64,000 nt of DNA, taken from an uncultured Bacteroidales bacterium (GTDB taxonomy: Bacteria; Bacteroidota; Bacteroidia; Bacteroidales; ML635J-15). The DNA lies in assembly GCA_937899245.1 (NCBI GenBank), contig CALDKB010000049.1:133101-197100 (forward strand). Reading direction: 5' to 3'. The position numbers and the translations under genes were made by a program. How positions within the stretch are numbered: position 1 is the stretch's first letter; each line of letters begins with the position of its first letter. This document shows, piece by piece, positions 40,637 through 49,874 of the stretch. The notes under the pieces are model-generated. The model worked only from the letters and a program-made list of their open reading frames with translations. It searched no databases and was not told the origin of the DNA.

Positions 40637-41965
40637 TTATTCCATTTCTTTTCTTACAAGGTCCAACCCGTGACGCAAAATTTGCTGGACGTTGACTTTT
40701 GATGTGCAGACAAACTCGCATAGTGACAAGTCTTCCTCTATGACCTCGTAGATGCCGAGTTCTTCCATCTTGTCGATATCATCGGTAATTGCCGCCTTTA
40801 CAAGCAGTTGCGGGTAAATGTCCAGCGGGCATACCTTTTCGTACTGACCTGTAACTACGTATGCTCGTTCTTCACCATGCATGTTCGTGTCAATCCTGAA
40901 TCGCTTCCACGGCATAAGCATCGAAAGGAAGGTCCTGGAATTGCTGCACTTGTCGGCTCCGGGAAGCATCCATCCGAACATCTCGTACTCGTTGCCCTCC
41001 GGAATTACACATATTTGGTGCTCATTGTAACCCAAATATGGATTTTCGGTTATGTTAATTCCCGACAAAACATTGCCGGAGATAATGCGGACATTTTCGG
41101 ACTTGAGCATACCATTGCGCAATTGCGAAAGATTGGCGCCTACTTTTATATTGTAATATTGTGGATTTTTGACTTCGGAGCCACATACTGCCACCGTTTT
41201 TGTGGGCAGATATTCGCCTGTTCTCAGCAAGCGTCCTATTATTGGCAAGTTGCTTGCCTCGATTGTCCACAACACTTCCCCCTTATTTATTGGTTTTAGC
41301 TTGTTGATTTGTGTGCCTACAAGACCTGCTGGATGCTTGCCAAGGAAAACTGATTTTATTATTTCGGGATCGTCGGGAAGTTTTGTTGCGAGTTGCGAAA
41401 CCTTGCCAAACGACAGATACACATTACCTTTTGTTAGACAATATAGAGAACGTATTGCCAGCTTCATGTCTTCGGAGTCCTCCTTTAATGAAAATTCGAG
41501 GTTGCTGGCAAGTGGAGCCGTATCGACAAAAGAAATAAAGATATCCCGCGGCATAATGGCCGGATTTGCTATAATGCCGTATGGGCGTTGGCAAATGAAC
41601 GGGAATATTCCTGCTTTAGAGAATAGAGTGCGTGTATCTTCAGCGACATCAAACTTTTCGGCCTCGTCGGCATTGTCCGCATCAATCTCAATCCGCAAAA
41701 TTCTACGCTTGTCGCCCCTGACAATATCGGCAACGGTACCAGAGCAAGGAGATACAAAACGTATTTCAGGGTTGTCCTTGTCGTGAAAAACAGTAGAGCC
41801 CCGTTTTAGCCTGTCGCCCACGTTGCAGTCCAGCTTGGGCGTTAGGCCATGAAAGTCTGTAGGCCTTATGCAGTAACGCTTGGGCGTCGTTATCAGCGAA
41901 ATAATTTCTTTTGCTGACCCCTGCATATTAATGTCCATACCTTTTCTAATCTTTATTGTTTTCAA
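40637..41965 (-). CDS. nqrA: Na+-translocating NADH-quinone reductase subunit A
   Basis: IKIRKGMDINMQG matches the conserved NqrA N-terminus (IKIKKGLDLPIxG). A TATTTTTG promoter box lies inside the longer 42064-start ORF, so a TTG start at 41965 (about 442 aa) is proposed. The start remains uncertain. Confidence 0.85.
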   Translation of the reverse strand: MKTIKIRKGMDINMQGSAKEIISLITTPKRYCIRPTDFHGLTPKLDCNVGDRLKRGSTVFHDKDNPEIRFVSPCSGTVADIVRGDKRRILRIEIDADNADEAEKFDVAEDTRTLFSKAGIFPFICQRPYGIIANPAIMPRDIFISFVDTAPLASNLEFSLKEDSEDMKLAIRSLYCLTKGNVYLSFGKVSQLATKLPDDPEIIKSVFLGKHPAGLVGTQINKLKPINKGEVLWTIEASNLPIIGRLLRTGEYLPTKTVAVCGSEVKNPQYYNIKVGANLSQLRNGMLKSENVRIISGNVLSGINITENPYLGYNEHQICVIPEGNEYEMFGWMLPGADKCSNSRTFLSMLMPWKRFRIDTNMHGEERAYVVTGQYEKVCPLDIYPQLLVKAAITDDIDKMEELGIYEVIEEDLSLCEFVCTSKVNVQQILRHGLDLVRKEME

Positions 41966-41992
41966 ATTATGAATGTTTAAAACATTAGAGCG

Positions 41993-42000
41993 CAAAAATA
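41993..42000 (-). promoter_or_regulatory. -7 promoter box TATTTTTG for the nqr operon
   Basis: Exact TAnnTTTG match on the minus strand, 28 nt upstream of the proposed TTG start of nqrA. Confidence 0.45.
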
Positions 42001-42089
42001 TAGTTTGTTTGGCAAACACCGATATTCTTGTTTTTATATTTATAAACAAGTTTTCAAACTGCAAGAATTGAAAATGAATTGGTCAAGAC

Positions 42090-42965
42090 CTAATCTGCAA
42101 TTCTTTTTGCTGGCTCTATGTGTATGGTGGCTTCTATTTTTAGCTGCTCACGTATTTTTATTTCGATGTTGTCGGCTATGCGGTGAGCTTCAAGTATAGT
42201 CATTTCAGGCGGCAAATAAATATGGAAAGTAAGTTCGCTATGACTTCCATAATTGTGAATATGGAAATGGTGTGCGGCAAGATCAATGTTGGCTGTTTCG
42301 TCAATGATAGCCATAATCTTTTTCTCCAAATCGTCAGATATGTTTTCGCCGAGGAACTTGTTTACTACCTCCTTGACAATCTGATATACAGCCACCAACA
42401 AAATCAATGATACGCAAATGCCAAGGACGGCGTCGATCCACCAAAAATATTTCTGCAGGAAAATGCCGGCCAGCACCACAATTGAAGATAAAGCATCGCT
42501 ACGGTGATGCCATCCGTCGGCCTTAACCGAGGCGTTGCCCGTCTTTTTTGCTATGCGGAACGAAAATTGAGCCAGAGCTTCCTTCACGACAATAGATACT
42601 ATAGTCACGACAATTGCTATTGTGCCAAAAACCGCTTGATTTTCAATATTTTTGAATTTGTCAATAGACTCAGTTATAAATTCGTAGGCAACAATGGCAA
42701 GCATTATCCCAACCAGCAAGGAAGCTAGATTTTCTATACGTCCATGGCCGAAAGGATGTTCGTTGTCTGCTTTTCGCGACGACAGTTTCAAACCGCCCAG
42801 CACGACAACCGAACTTAATGAGTCGGACAAAGTATGCCAGGCATCAGCCATAAGAGCAACAGAGCCGGACACCATGCCGGCCCAGTATTTCAAACCAAAA
42901 AGCAAAGTATTAACTATAATTGAAACTACGCCGGCGGCGTAGTTCAATCGTGCGTTCTTTTCCAT
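42090..42965 (-). CDS. Cation diffusion facilitator (CDF) family metal efflux transporter
   Basis: Six TM segments, signature SVALMADAWHTLSD, HHRSDALSS, and a C-terminal cytoplasmic domain. Confidence 0.85.
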   Translation of the reverse strand: MEKNARLNYAAGVVSIIVNTLLFGLKYWAGMVSGSVALMADAWHTLSDSLSSVVVLGGLKLSSRKADNEHPFGHGRIENLASLLVGIMLAIVAYEFITESIDKFKNIENQAVFGTIAIVVTIVSIVVKEALAQFSFRIAKKTGNASVKADGWHHRSDALSSIVVLAGIFLQKYFWWIDAVLGICVSLILLVAVYQIVKEVVNKFLGENISDDLEKKIMAIIDETANIDLAAHHFHIHNYGSHSELTFHIYLPPEMTILEAHRIADNIEIKIREQLKIEATIHIEPAKRIAD

Positions 42966-42974
42966 TTTAAAATC

Positions 42975-45179
42975 TTAATTGCCCATCTCGCAGATGAATT
43001 TCATCCTTACAAGGCGAATTTCCTCTTCGGAATATACGTCACCGAATTCTTGCAATGCCTCGTCCAAAGTGCCTTCTTCTGTGTCTTCGCGGAAATAGGT
43101 GTAGATTTCGTCGATATCATCGTTGTCAAGAATCGTATGCAGGTAATAGTCGATATTTATCGTTGTGCCGGAATCCACAAAAGATTCGAGAAGTTCAATC
43201 AGTTCCAAAAGCGTTATTTTCATGCCATCGGCAATGTCGTCCAACATCATTCGGCTGTCGATATTCCTGATAATCATCCTTTTGCTTTCGGAACTTGAAC
43301 CAACGGACTTAACGACAAAATCTTCTGGACGGTCGATGCCGTTAACTTCTATATGCTGCTTGATAAGGTCGCAGAATTCCTGTCCGAATTTCTGTGCCTT
43401 GCCCTGTCCCACTTTCTGGCAATTCTTAAGTTCTTCGATAGTTATAGGATATTGAATTGCCATGTCCTGCAATGAAGCGTCGTCGAAAATGACGTATGGC
43501 GGCAATTTCAGTTTTTTGGCAATGTCCTTGCGAAGATTTTTCAGCATTGCGTACAATTCCTCGTCTGCCGCTGCCGTTCCGCCATATTCAGAATCGCGTT
43601 CCTGATCCTCGATGGCCTCGTAATCTGTGTCTCTTGTCAGCAATATCGACTGTGGGTTTTCAAGGAACTGTTTTCCTGCATCAGTAAGTTTCAGCAATCC
43701 GTAGTTGACAATGCCTTTTTCTATGTATTTGGCAATAATCATCTGCCTAATCACGCCCTTCCAATACAAAGGAGTCTCGTCGGAACCAATACCGAACATC
43801 AGCAACTTGTCGTGCTGATAGGTAGATATTTCTGCTGTCAGTTTTCCTGTTATTATATTTATTATATGGTCAACCTTAAAGCCCTCTTTGGTGGCAAGAA
43901 TTGTTTCGAGCACGGTAGCCACATCTTCTTTCCCCTCGAATTTTTCCTTTGGATTCAAGCAGTTGTCGCAGTTTCCACAGTCCTCGGCCATTTCTTCGCC
44001 GAAATAGCTCAGCAGCTGGCGAACGCGGCAAGTTGTTGACTCTGCGTACGACACTGTTTCAGCCAAAAGCTGCTTGCCGATTTCTTGTTCGTTCATCGGC
44101 TTGTTCTGCATGAACTTTTCAAGTTTTTGTATATCGTCGTAGGTGTAGAATGCAATGCATTTGCCTTCACCGCCGTCGCGACCTGCACGTCCAGTCTCCT
44201 GATAGTAACCCTCAAGACTCTTTGGAATGTTGTAATGGATTACGAATCGGACATCTGGTTTGTCGATGCCCATGCCGAAAGCGATAGTTGCGACAATGAC
44301 ATCAACTTCCTCGTTCAGGAACATGTCCTGATTTCGAGAGCGTGTGGCCGCATCCATGCCTGCATGATACGGTAACGCCTTTATCTGGTTTACGACAAGC
44401 ATTTCTGCCAGTTCCTCAACCTTTTTGCGGCTCAAGCAGTAGATGATGCCCGACTTTCCGGGATTATCCTTTATATACTTGATTATCTGCTTGGTAGCAT
44501 TAATCTTTGGTCGTACTTCATAATATAAGTTTGGCCTGCGGAATGACGACTTAAACACATTGGCGTCGAGCATATCGAGGTTCTTCTGTATGTCGTGCTG
44601 GACCTTTGGAGTTGCAGTAGCAGTAAGCGTCATTAGCGGAGCACGACCGATTTCATTGACAATGGATCTAATCTTGCGGTATTCGGGACGGAAATCGTGT
44701 CCCCATTCAGAAATACAGTGAGCTTCGTCAACGGCATAGAACGAAATCTTGAATTTCTTTAGGAATTCAATGTTGTCCTCTTTGGTCAATGATTCCGGGG
44801 CAACGTAAAGCAACTTTGTCTTGCCGGACATAATATCGTCCTTGACAAGATTTATTTCGGTTTTGCTGAGTGTTGAGTTTAAAAAGTGAGCTACGCCTTC
44901 CTCCATGCAGAAGCCTCTCATGGCGTCCACTTGGTTTTTCATCAAGGCGATTAACGGCGAAATTATTATTGCAGTTCCTTCAAGCATCAAGGCCGGCAAC
45001 TGATAGCACAACGACTTCCCTCCTCCTGTCGGCATTAAGACAAAACTGTCGTTGCCGTCAAGAAGACTAAGAATAACTTCCTTTTGCTGTCCTTTGAATT
45101 GGCTGAAGCCAAAATATCTCTTTAACAGCTCATATATTTTTTCTTCTCTATCGTCCATACTCGATTCGTTTTGGTTCAA
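42975..45179 (-). CDS. recQ: ATP-dependent DNA helicase RecQ
   Basis: FGFSQFKGQQKEVI, MPTGGGKSLCYQLPA, the DEAH box VDEAHCISEWGHDFRPEY, the zinc-binding CRVRQLLSYFGE...CGNCDNC and an HRDC region. Confidence 0.95.
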   Translation of the reverse strand: MNQNESSMDDREEKIYELLKRYFGFSQFKGQQKEVILSLLDGNDSFVLMPTGGGKSLCYQLPALMLEGTAIIISPLIALMKNQVDAMRGFCMEEGVAHFLNSTLSKTEINLVKDDIMSGKTKLLYVAPESLTKEDNIEFLKKFKISFYAVDEAHCISEWGHDFRPEYRKIRSIVNEIGRAPLMTLTATATPKVQHDIQKNLDMLDANVFKSSFRRPNLYYEVRPKINATKQIIKYIKDNPGKSGIIYCLSRKKVEELAEMLVVNQIKALPYHAGMDAATRSRNQDMFLNEEVDVIVATIAFGMGIDKPDVRFVIHYNIPKSLEGYYQETGRAGRDGGEGKCIAFYTYDDIQKLEKFMQNKPMNEQEIGKQLLAETVSYAESTTCRVRQLLSYFGEEMAEDCGNCDNCLNPKEKFEGKEDVATVLETILATKEGFKVDHIINIITGKLTAEISTYQHDKLLMFGIGSDETPLYWKGVIRQMIIAKYIEKGIVNYGLLKLTDAGKQFLENPQSILLTRDTDYEAIEDQERDSEYGGTAAADEELYAMLKNLRKDIAKKLKLPPYVIFDDASLQDMAIQYPITIEELKNCQKVGQGKAQKFGQEFCDLIKQHIEVNGIDRPEDFVVKSVGSSSESKRMIIRNIDSRMMLDDIADGMKITLLELIELLESFVDSGTTINIDYYLHTILDNDDIDEIYTYFREDTEEGTLDEALQEFGDVYSEEEIRLVRMKFICEMGN

Positions 45180-45207
45180 TGTGCAATTTTAAAGTCGCAC
45201 TCAAAAA

Positions 45208-45215
45208 CAAAGATA
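45208..45215 (-). promoter_or_regulatory. -7 promoter box TATCTTTG for recQ
   Basis: TAnnTTTG match on the minus strand, 29 nt upstream of ATG 45179. Confidence 0.4.
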
Positions 45216-45239
45216 CATTTTTTTTATTACCTAAAATGT

Positions 45240-45247
45240 TAATTTTG
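45240..45247 (+). promoter_or_regulatory. -7 promoter box TAATTTTG for the KpsF/KdsD-like gene
   Basis: TAnnTTTG match 17 nt upstream of ATG 45264. Confidence 0.45.
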
Positions 45248-45263
45248 CAAAAAAAATTTTCCA

Positions 45264-46232
45264 ATGCAAGATTATCAGGAAATCATAGAGATAGGCAGAC
45301 GTGTTGTTTTGCATGAAGCAAATGCCATAAACAAAATTGCCGACTACATAGATGCAAGTTTTGCTGAAGCCGTAACCCGCATATCGCAATCAAAGGGTCG
45401 AGTTGTAATTACAGGCATTGGCAAGAGTGCTGCCATAGGAACAAAAATTGTTGCTAGTTTGAACTCCACCGGCACGCCGGCAATTTTCATGCATGCTGCA
45501 GATGCCATTCATGGCGACCTCGGCATTGTTCAGGAAGACGATGTGGTAATCTGCATATCAAAAAGCGGAAATACGCCTGAAATCAAGGTGCTAATACCTT
45601 TAATTAAACGTAATAGCAATCTTCTAATTGCGATAGTTTCCGACACGGAGTCGTTCCTTGCAAAATCGGCCGACATAGTATTACGCTCAACAGTCGATTC
45701 CGAAGCTTCACCGCATAATCTTGCACCATCGTCAAGCACAACAGCGCAACTTGTTGTCGGCGATGCTCTTATGGTAGCTCTGCTCGAAATGAAGGGCTTC
45801 ACTCCTAACGATTTTGCAAAGTTCCATCCGGGAGGTTCGCTCGGAAAGAAGCTATATTTAAAGGTAAACGACATCTATGTGCAGAACGAAAAACCACAAG
45901 TTTCGCCCGACTCCGACATCAAGTTTGTAATTTCCGAGATTTCGCACAAGCGACTTGGCGCTGCCGCAGTGATCGACGACAACGGAAATGTGGCCGGCAT
46001 CATCACCGACGGTGACATTCGCCGCATGCTGAGCAAATACGATAATATAAAGGACATCAAGGCAAAAGACATAATGAGCAAAAATCCAAAATGCGTGCAA
46101 AATGGAGAGCTCGCTGTTAACGCCTTGGAAATAATGCAAAAAAACAGCATTACTCAGGTTCTTATTGTGGAGAACGGAAAATATCTTGGCATTGTTCACC
46201 TTCACGACCTTATGCGTGAAGGCATAGTATAA
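45264..46232 (+). CDS. kdsD: KpsF/GutQ-family arabinose-5-phosphate isomerase (SIS domain + tandem CBS)
   Basis: SIS motifs GRVVITGIGKSA and ISKSGNTPE, followed by two CBS-like repeats at the C-terminus. Confidence 0.85.
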   Translation: MQDYQEIIEIGRRVVLHEANAINKIADYIDASFAEAVTRISQSKGRVVITGIGKSAAIGTKIVASLNSTGTPAIFMHAADAIHGDLGIVQEDDVVICISKSGNTPEIKVLIPLIKRNSNLLIAIVSDTESFLAKSADIVLRSTVDSEASPHNLAPSSSTTAQLVVGDALMVALLEMKGFTPNDFAKFHPGGSLGKKLYLKVNDIYVQNEKPQVSPDSDIKFVISEISHKRLGAAAVIDDNGNVAGIITDGDIRRMLSKYDNIKDIKAKDIMSKNPKCVQNGELAVNALEIMQKNSITQVLIVENGKYLGIVHLHDLMREGIV

Positions 46233-46304
46233 CACCATCAGCAAGAACAAATGATGTATATCTTTTGTTCTTGTGTTTTTATAAGAACTAAAAAGAAAAA
46301 ATAT

Positions 46305-47183
46305 ATGGCAAACGACACATTGAAAAAACTGAAGACGCCGGTTAAAAATTATACGATAATGTTAATCGGCCTAATTATCTATACATTTGGCTATTCGGCA
46401 TTTATGTTGCCGAACAAACTTACCGGCGGCGGCATTGCCGGTCTGTCATCGGTTCTATACTATGGAACCTCCTGCCCTGTCGCAATTAGCAACTTCGCAC
46501 TCAATCTCATTTTAATTGTAATCGGAGCAAAAACTCTTGGAAAACGTTTTGCTATCAATACTGTTTTCTGTACGCTGATAAGTTCTTTGCTTTTTGGATT
46601 GTGGCAGGTGCTAATTCCCGAACCGCTAATTTATAACGACTTGCTTGCCAATGCAGTACTTGGTGCAGCTATTTCGGCAATCGGTGTCGGCATAGCAATT
46701 TCATACGGCGGCAACACCGGCGGAACAGACATCATCATCCTTATGATTCTCAAGTACAAGAATATTCCATACGGACGTATTTCGATGTATATCAACGTGC
46801 TGATAATCGGCTCATCTTACTTGGTTGTCCGCGACATACAGACCTTAATCTACTGCTATATTTATATGTTCTCGTACTCCTATGTCTCCGATATGGTTAT
46901 GGACGGACAGCGCAAGACTTTCCAGATATTGATATTCTCCAACAATTCGAAAGCCATTGCCGACAGAATTACTACAGAAATACATCGAGGAGTTACGGTT
47001 TTGAAGGCATCTGGCTGGTATTCGAAGGAAGACAAGGACGTGTTACTTGTCCTTGCACATCGTACCGACAAGCAGGATATAATGCAGCTAATCAATCAGG
47101 AAGATCCGGATGCTTTTATCTCGATAGCAAAGGTCCAGGGTGTTTTCGGAAAGAACTTTGACGAGCTGAAAAGAGAAGTCTAA
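46305..47183 (+). CDS. YitT-family membrane protein (with C-terminal DUF2179-like domain)
   Basis: Polytopic N-terminal part containing the GGGIAGLS motif, and a soluble C-terminal domain (RGVTVLKASGWY...ISIAKVQGVFG). ATG 46305 is preferred over 46251. Confidence 0.75.
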   Translation: MANDTLKKLKTPVKNYTIMLIGLIIYTFGYSAFMLPNKLTGGGIAGLSSVLYYGTSCPVAISNFALNLILIVIGAKTLGKRFAINTVFCTLISSLLFGLWQVLIPEPLIYNDLLANAVLGAAISAIGVGIAISYGGNTGGTDIIILMILKYKNIPYGRISMYINVLIIGSSYLVVRDIQTLIYCYIYMFSYSYVSDMVMDGQRKTFQILIFSNNSKAIADRITTEIHRGVTVLKASGWYSKEDKDVLLVLAHRTDKQDIMQLINQEDPDAFISIAKVQGVFGKNFDELKREV

Positions 47184-47511
47184 ATTTTTCGCAAAACGAC
47201 CACTCCTCACAACCCATTCCATACAAAAGTTTAGGCCAACTAACAAGTCTGTAACTAGTTGGCGATCAGTCGGCCACGAATTAGCATGAAGCTTGGCTTG
47301 TCGGCTGTTGTCATAGTCATTCTTTGAAAACAAAAGGGCCTTTTATGCCTGTCGCATTGCCTGCGACAAACAATTGTTAGAGCACCCGGCAAAATGTCAT
47401 CGCCCACCTGAATGTCTGCATTTAAAACGCACATCACCACCCTGTTTATAAAACTCATTAGTCGGTTAATACCTTTTGCCAAAATGTTTTTCACTGCGTA
47501 CACTTTTTTTT

Positions 47512-47519
47512 TATTTTTG
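47512..47519 (+). promoter_or_regulatory. -7 promoter box TATTTTTG upstream of hpt
   Basis: TAnnTTTG match 22 nt upstream of ATG 47541. This implies a short leader and no room for a riboswitch. Confidence 0.5.
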
Positions 47520-47540
47520 CAGACTAAAAATTATAAACTT

Positions 47541-48077
47541 ATGGAAACTATCAAAGTTTTGGACAAGACTTTTGTCCCATATATCGACCACGAAGTCATT
47601 GTGTCGAAAATCAAGGAAATGGCAAAGAAAATGGACGAAGACCTTAAGGGCAAGGATCCTTTGTTCCTTGGTATTCTCAACGGTTCGTTCATGTTTGCCG
47701 CCGAACTTTTCAACCACCTCACGGTAGACTGCAATATTTCATTCCTGAAATTGGCATCCTACGAAGGCACAAACTCGACCGGCAAGGTAAAAAGACTTAT
47801 CGGACTCAACGAGGACATCAAGGGCAGAACAGTCGTTATCGTTGAAGACATCATCGACACCGGCGTTACAATGGACCACATTGTAAAGCAGCTTATTGGC
47901 TACGAACCGGGCGAAATTAAAATCGCCACCTTGCTGTACAAGTCGGAAATATACAACAACAAGTACCCGATCGACTATTTCTGCTTCGACATTCCGCAAA
48001 AGTTTATAGTCGGCTACGGCCTCGACTACAACGGTTTTGGAAGAAATATCCCGAGCATTTACCAGGTAACCGATTAA
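47541..48077 (+). CDS. hpt: Hypoxanthine phosphoribosyltransferase
   Basis: 178 aa with the PRPP-binding motif VVIVEDIIDTGVT and the typical LNGSFMFAAEL segment. Confidence 0.9.
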   Translation: METIKVLDKTFVPYIDHEVIVSKIKEMAKKMDEDLKGKDPLFLGILNGSFMFAAELFNHLTVDCNISFLKLASYEGTNSTGKVKRLIGLNEDIKGRTVVIVEDIIDTGVTMDHIVKQLIGYEPGEIKIATLLYKSEIYNNKYPIDYFCFDIPQKFIVGYGLDYNGFGRNIPSIYQVTD

Positions 48078-48098
48078 TAACACAAAAATTATATAACC

Positions 48099-48671
48099 AT
48101 GTTGAACATAGCAATTTTTGGAGCTCCAGGAGCAGGAAAAGGAACTCAGGCTCAGAGCATTATCGAAAAATATAACCTCAAGTACATATCTACCGGCAAC
48201 ATCCTGCGCGCAGAAATAGCAAACAAGACACAACTGGGACTCGAAGCCAAGGCAATCATCGAGAAGGGCAACCTTGTAAGTGACGAACTTGTTACAAGAA
48301 TCATTGAAAAGTTCATCGCAGACAATCGCAATCCAAACGGATTCCTTTTCGACGGATTTCCTCGCACTTGCGAGCAGGCAAAGAATCTCGACAGAATACT
48401 CAAGTCGGAAAACACAGAGCTTTCGTGCCTTCTTAACATGGACGTACCTCGCGAAGAACTTATCAAGAGAATGATGCACCGCGCTCAACTCGAAAACCGC
48501 GCCGACGATACTCCAGAAGTTTTCGAAAACCGTCTCAAGGAATACGAAGAGAAGACTTTCCCTGTAATGGAATACTACCAGAAGCAAAATAAAGTTTTGT
48601 CTGTAAGCGGCGTCGGAACTATCGATGAAATCTTTGTTCGTCTGACGGATAAAATTGACAGCTTAAAGTAA
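48099..48671 (+). CDS. adk: Adenylate kinase
   Basis: P-loop GAPGAGKGTQ, STGNILR, FLFDGFPRT, and a short LID without Zn-binding cysteines. Confidence 0.95.
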   Translation: MLNIAIFGAPGAGKGTQAQSIIEKYNLKYISTGNILRAEIANKTQLGLEAKAIIEKGNLVSDELVTRIIEKFIADNRNPNGFLFDGFPRTCEQAKNLDRILKSENTELSCLLNMDVPREELIKRMMHRAQLENRADDTPEVFENRLKEYEEKTFPVMEYYQKQNKVLSVSGVGTIDEIFVRLTDKIDSLK

Positions 48672-48838
48672 AGAATTTGTCTCTGCAGAAAAAAACGCAG
48701 GGGCTTTTTCGCAATGCTTTTGTATTAGGCGCGACCTCGCAAGGGTCAAATGTATTTGCGACAGCATATCTAATTTGTCGCCGACCCAAAAAATGTAGTA
48801 CAAGTCAAAATTTGACAGACATTATTAAGAATTAAACA

Positions 48839-49858
48839 ATGAACAGACCAAAAATTCTGATAATATATACCGGCGGAACAATCGGAATGATTCAGGACGA
48901 GAATGGTGTCTTGCAACCGTTCAATTTCGAGAATCTCATGAGTTTCATTCCGCAGCTGAAGGATTTTCCTGTCGACATCAGCTCCTACAGTTGGGAAACA
49001 CCAATCGATTCTTCAGATGCCGACCCTGACTTCTGGGTTGACATTGTTGAAGTTATCGAGGAAAACTACGAGCAATACGACGGCTTTGTTGTTCTTCACG
49101 GCTCCGACACGATGGCATATACGGCTTCGGCCTTGAGCTTCATGCTCGAAAATGTCAACAAGCCGATAATTCTGACAGGTTCACAATTGCCAATAAGTCT
49201 GCTAAGAACCGATGGCCGAGAAAACATGATTTCGGCATTGGAGCTTGCTAGCATGCAACGCGACGGGAAACCGTTAATCCACGAAGTTTGCGTATATTTT
49301 GAAAGCAGTCTGTATAGAGGCAACCGAACAACAAAGTTCAGCGCCGAAAATTTCGACGCATTCCGTTCGCCAAACTATTCGAGACTGGCACAAGCGGGCA
49401 TCGACATCAAGGTCTTTGAAGACAGACTTTGGTCAAGTCCTAACAAACCGCTAGTTACACACAAGAACTTGTGCCGCGACATTGCCGTATTGAAATATTT
49501 CCCCGGCATCCAGCCGAAAACTATCGAAGCAATCACCAATATTGATGGTTTGCGTGGCTTAATCATAGAATCATACGGTTCGGGAAACCTTACGACAAAT
49601 GACGAAGTCATCAAGATATTGAAGAATGCAATCGACAGGGGAATCACAATACTTAACATTACGCAATGTACTGTTGGGTCGGTTGTTCACGGCAAATATG
49701 CCACGAGCTTGAAATTGCAGGAATGTGGAGTCGTAAGCGGCAAGGACATGACCAGCGAAGCTGCAATTACAAAGATGATGTTTATTTTGGGTATGAATTA
49801 TTCACAAGATGAAATAAGACGTTTGCTGCCATTGTCGATTCGCGGTGAAATATCTTAA
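48839..49858 (+). CDS. ansA: Type I (cytoplasmic) L-asparaginase
   Basis: Catalytic motifs YTGGTIGM and HGSDTMAYTASAL. The length is 339 aa. Confidence 0.85.
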   Translation: MNRPKILIIYTGGTIGMIQDENGVLQPFNFENLMSFIPQLKDFPVDISSYSWETPIDSSDADPDFWVDIVEVIEENYEQYDGFVVLHGSDTMAYTASALSFMLENVNKPIILTGSQLPISLLRTDGRENMISALELASMQRDGKPLIHEVCVYFESSLYRGNRTTKFSAENFDAFRSPNYSRLAQAGIDIKVFEDRLWSSPNKPLVTHKNLCRDIAVLKYFPGIQPKTIEAITNIDGLRGLIIESYGSGNLTTNDEVIKILKNAIDRGITILNITQCTVGSVVHGKYATSLKLQECGVVSGKDMTSEAAITKMMFILGMNYSQDEIRRLLPLSIRGEIS

Positions 49859-49874
49859 AAATCCTCATAGAATT

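Noticed and set aside
41169-41786. 205-aa plus-strand ORF
   Set aside because: It is antisense to nqrA inside a contiguous six-gene nqr operon.
47380-47440. Possible fluoride or purine riboswitch near hpt (GGGCGATGACATTTTGCC on the minus strand)
   Set aside because: There is only a superficial resemblance to the fluoride motif. It is on the strand pointing away from any gene, and hpt has its own promoter 22 nt from its ATG, leaving no room for a purine riboswitch.
47739-48587. 282-aa minus-strand ORF spanning the hpt-adk region
   Set aside because: It lies entirely antisense to two strongly supported genes (hpt, adk). The translation is low-complexity and Val/Phe/Leu-rich with no motif, which is typical of a shadow ORF.
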